Source: Klebsormidium nitens (lineage: Eukaryota; Plantae; Klebsormidiophyceae). Taken from it: a stretch of 64,000 nucleotides of DNA. Numbering within the stretch: the first letter of the stretch is position 1; every line of letters starts with the position of its first letter. Shown here one piece after another: positions 60,201-64,000 of the stretch. The translations under genes and the position numbers were made by a program. The stretch lies in assembly GCA_000708835.1 (NCBI GenBank), contig DF237185.1, forward strand, positions 71,764-135,763, in the 5' to 3' direction. The notes below the pieces were generated by a model that worked only from the letters and a program-made list of their open reading frames with translations, was not told where the DNA came from and made no database searches.

Positions 60201-63200
60201 CGAACCGGAGCCGTCGCAACAGCTCGTAACCGATCTGTTTTAGGCAAGGATTACTATGATCACACAACTAAGAAGAGTTCTAAGGGCACCGGAATCAATC
60301 TTATACGAAAAAATGCAAGCCCGTCAGGTTCAGCTCCACTTGACACAAGAGAAAAGATGGCGCAAACGCAAACTGACCAAGTCCAAGAAAACGATACTTC
60401 CCTCCGCAGGCGTCACGAAGCAGTTGGAAACGTCTAGAAGGTGTGAACGAATGAGATTGAGCACGCCTCTTGTATTCAACTTTACATACTCGAACGTTGC
60501 AGCACTTCGTCATCGAACCCAGACAGAACAACATCAGCCGTATCGTTCAGATTTAGGGTTCGATAAACTTCCAACAATTATTGAGAGTCTCGGTGACGTC
60601 TCTCGAGATCTCAGTAATCTTGCCCAAGCCGTACATCAGGCATTCAGAGACTATGCGGCAGCAACGGCCCGTGACTAACTTCAAAGCTATCAAGACTACC
60701 ATAAAGACCTCTTTGTAAAGGTCGTAGTCAAGAGGTAGATTCTCCTGATCAAATCCTTGGGTGATCTGCTGCGAGCTCCAGGTCAAACTGGCACAAATGG
60801 CAACACTTGTAGGTGGCCCGCTTACATGCAGGACAACATAAACAGGCACCCGTAACGAGCGACAACGGGAGAAAAACAATGTACGAGAAAATGGAAAACG
60901 TCCATCCGGCGTGTCGAATGCACTAGGATTTTTGGACGACCATCGTCTTCAGAGGCGGCCGACCTTGTTCGCCAAACTTGTTCGCTTGATCAACCAGATT
61001 GCCTGGCGGATAAGATGACAATACCGCAAGGATCTGTTCGTCTACAAGACCGAGCAATGTGTCGCCAGAAGTGGCATCACACCTTCACAGAATCTTCAAC
61101 ATTTGTGAGTACGGCTGGCACTCACGTGGCGGTAGTCGTCCATCAGACCCGCGACCTGGGCCATGTCGTTCTTTTTGAAAGTCGTCTCCTTCGTGTGCTG
61201 TAGTTCGATCAGGTGCTCCGCCAGCTGGCCCTGCTCTTGGATGAAAAAGAGGACCACCTTCTCCACCTATACGAGAAGCAAATCTGCTGGTCACACTTTT
61301 TGTGTCGTCCCATGGTAGTTCTGCTTCTGAAAGTCTCTCATTTAAGAGGTCCCACGCTGATTCTGCTTCTGTAAGTCTCTGAATTCAGCCGTTGTTCCAG
61401 AAATTTCGTGCAGGGGAACTCGAACCTGCTGGATGACGAAGAAGACCACATTCTTCACCTGGGTTGCAGGAGAAGGAAAGCCTTGATTGACGTTTTTGTC
61501 GCCCGAAAACACATCTGCTAAGTGTGGATCTTCTATATTGAAAACAAGCCTTTGTCGAAGTAGAGAGAGCATGTTCGCAGAAAGAATTGGGAAACGTGTA
61601 TTTCCTTTTCTCAGAGGGGATTGAAAGACAACGAATCGGAAGGATACTTGTTTCTGACATGCTCCGGTCACGTCCTTAAACGTGCTTATGACGTGAGCAA
61701 GAGGTGCCAGAGTCAGAACGTATCAACTTACAAAAGCACGCAGCTGGTGGTCAAGCGACTCGGCAAAGTTCCAAACCAGCTCAGCCATGCCACTGTCAGC
61801 GTCTCCGGATCTAGAACTGATGAGTTTTATAGTGACGAGAGAAGCGCCACAAACACATGGGCAACAACAGAAAGGGGCAATCAACACCGCCGACGAGATG
61901 AGCTTGCCTGGTAGTCAAGCGATTCCGCAAACTCGCGGATCAGCTCTGCCATCTCATCCTCGGTGGCGGTGATACGCCGTGGCCGGAACTCCTTGATCTT
62001 CTTCTTCAAGGTCTTGTAGTCAATGTAATGACTGCAAAGAAACATCGTCAAAAAGTGGGCCCAAGTTGCTTTTAGTCGGCTTGATCTGCAACCATCTTCC
62101 TCTTTCCGCGCTTCTGGTCGATGTAATGACTGCAAAGAACCATCGTCAAATGTGGGCCCGAGTTGCTTATAGTCAGATCGATTTGACAAAACGCTTCCTT
62201 TTAAAATTGAAGTATATCAACAAATGGGTGTGACCAGAGCCATGAAAAGCCAGACGGTTGTATGGAACAGAGTCTTGTAGACCTCAATCGGTTCTGTAGG
62301 ACAAGTCAAGTGTGTAAGGGTACCGTCAATTTGAGTTGCCAGCCAAATCAGTATTTTGTTGAAGGAGGGAGGTACGGGGCTAGGAACTTGATATGCTGAG
62401 GCAAGGTGGGAGGGAAGGGGAGGTTGAGGCCATTAGCTGGGGCACTTAAGACTTTTTAAGATAGGAGCCTGAAGGGTACCCCGGTACCACTACAAACTGA
62501 CGGTACCCTAAGACTACTATTCAACATCAGCAATGCCGCAAACAACAGATTCGCAAGGACAAATCTTTTCTATACCTTCAGAATAACTACTATCTAAGTA
62601 AAAGACCAGGACTAATTTGATCACAGATGATTCATGAACGTGGTTCAGAATCTGTGAACTATCAAGGTTGCCACTTACGGACCGATGCTGGGCTATGTCG
62701 ATCAGAGCCAGTCACTTGGCGAAACATCCAAAGTGGTCATTGCGGTCATTGACCAGACGGAGCATTGCTTAGCTTTTAGTCCATCCTTCACAAGGGCTGA
62801 CAAGATTGTTCGAAGGTGTTAAAAGGCCCAGGGTATGGAAGCGACAAACAACCTGGTTCCATGTCAAAATTGAGGCGCCAAAGCAGTCACTTGCCGGCCG
62901 CTCCTGAGCAGCAAAGTTCACCAAAACTTTCTAACGTCACATGTGTTGACCGGAGTGATTGAATGCAAAAGCAGACATGGATTGGGGCGCGCAGCATGCG
63001 GCATTGAGGGACACATCAAGACACCAATACTGGTCAGTTGTACTTGGCTGTCGCTCCTGGACCTCACCGGGGGGTGCTTATTACATTTTGTATGAGAAAC
63101 TACAAGCGACAAATTTCTGATGCCCCCACATGGATTCAACGAAACCAAGTATCACCCGAAAGTTTCACCCCGCAAGCGGCGCACTCGTGAAAAGATAAGA

Positions 63201-63461
63201 AGTGTTGCGACGCTTGAAGGCCAATCCTTTCCCCTTCTTTCCACTCCTTTTGAACACCCCTCCCAAACCTTCATCATACCCACATAGACACTGCAACGGA
63301 CAAGGGTTTAGAAATAGGTATCTCTACAAGCTCTGACGATGAAGTCGAAAGCAGGCCAAACTGGTAAGCTGCGAGTGACAGAGAGGTTGAAGCGTATCAG
63401 CAGCTCACTTCTCCCATCCTGGCACTCTCTGAGCCACCAACTGATGGCCGAACTGCACCAT
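51292..63461 (-). CDS. PHT5: SPX-MFS vacuolar phosphate transporter (PHT5/VPT family); exons 63461-63409, 62031-61908, 61266-61126, 59742-59572, 58448-58209, 57841-57731, 57275-57166, 56922-56783, 55866-55802, 55421-55224, 54128-53916, 52588-52398, 52073-51934, 51539-51292
   Basis: SPX motifs: MVQFGHQL..WENHYIDYKTLKK and FVKLNLTGLRKIIKKFEK. MFS motifs: SAWSNRSY..GNIFYA..GRAFNGLGGARAINRRYIAD, ASAAFVSASAFGMAAGPA, FMLKFATEVLISESS and GTYNCGLLSTEAGTLAR. All junctions are in frame. Confidence 0.95.
52590..53400 (-). repeat. four copies of the acceptor plus 5' end of SPX-MFS exon 52588-52398
   Basis: g(t/c)a(g/a)acgagcaaagtcacctgg with the AG intact; exon-copy starts at 52726, 52902, 53230 and 53381. 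Confidence 0.9.
58450..59430 (-). repeat. six copies of the acceptor plus 5' end of SPX-MFS exon 58448-58209
   Basis: ..gaggttgcgggtcattgcgccaaccagtgcgccgacgccctg.. recurs; exon-copy starts at 58626, 58790, 58920, 59094, 59239 and 59421. Confidence 0.9.
59745..60345 (-). repeat. three full copies and one partial copy of the acceptor plus 5' end of SPX-MFS exon 59742-59572
   Basis: ..cgcaacagctcgtaacc(c/g)a(c/t)ct.. with exon-copy starts at 59917, 60058 and 60234; partial copy at ~60315-60345. Confidence 0.85.
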
Positions 63462-64000
63462 GGCGGCACCGCGCTGCACAAACCGGCAGAGCTATCACAT
63501 ACAAAACAACGTCACCGCCCCAGGACGCTGCAGCTAATCTGATCTGGTTCTGCTTCGTTTTTCCTTTCTCCTCCCTCCCCCAAGGTTGTTATCCGCTGCC
63601 ACCTTCGCATGCAGTCCTCCGATTTTAAGCTGACTTTGTCTGTAGCTACACTTCAACAAGTTGAACTTCAAGTTCAAGTTCCAACTACTTCAAGGCTCAA
63701 GCTGCTTGCTGCCTCCCAAAACCAGGCTACAACGTCAAGGCTAGGTAGGTACCTCAGGTACCTGGACTCCTGGAGGCTGGCTATCTACCTAGCTCTGTCA
63801 GACTGAAGCTTGCTTTATGACGTCAGCTTGGAATATTCCCTCTGCCTGTGGTGACGTCAGCGGTTGTGAGCTAATGCCGCTCCCTGAAATTACCGTCAGA
63901 ACCGGCACACAGCATTGGGGAAACCGGCATCTTTGGCTGCTTGAGCTGGCGCCGACGGCTGTGACAACGGTGCGCTGAAAGCTCTGGAGAAGGAATTACT

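Overview
This is intron-rich eukaryotic nuclear DNA. Its plant-type gene content and style suggest a streptophyte green alga, possibly Klebsormidium-like (inference only). I reconstructed eight spliced protein genes by hand: (1) a two-exon protein with a large disordered region and C-terminal ankyrin repeats, (2) a C2-domain protein with a C-terminal membrane anchor, (3) a Crinkler/FunK1-type protein combining a restriction-endonuclease-like domain and a kinase, (4) the thylakoid Tat subunit Hcf106/TatB, (5) a divergent KUP/HAK/KT K+ transporter, (6) mitochondrial-type ribosomal protein bL17, (7) an At4g28440-like OB-fold protein, and (8) an SPX-MFS (PHT5/VPT) vacuolar phosphate transporter. 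The window also holds tRNA-Arg(ACG), a 654-bp TTAA-flanked MITE and a 401-N assembly gap. The most striking unexplained structure is a set of 'splice-junction echoes'. Many introns, above all in the HAK and SPX-MFS genes, contain tandem, variably decayed copies of the adjacent exon/intron boundary. Acceptor copies lie upstream of the true acceptor, donor copies lie downstream of the true donor, and many keep their AG or GT. All exon coordinates are manual, and family calls rest on remembered motifs rather than database searches.
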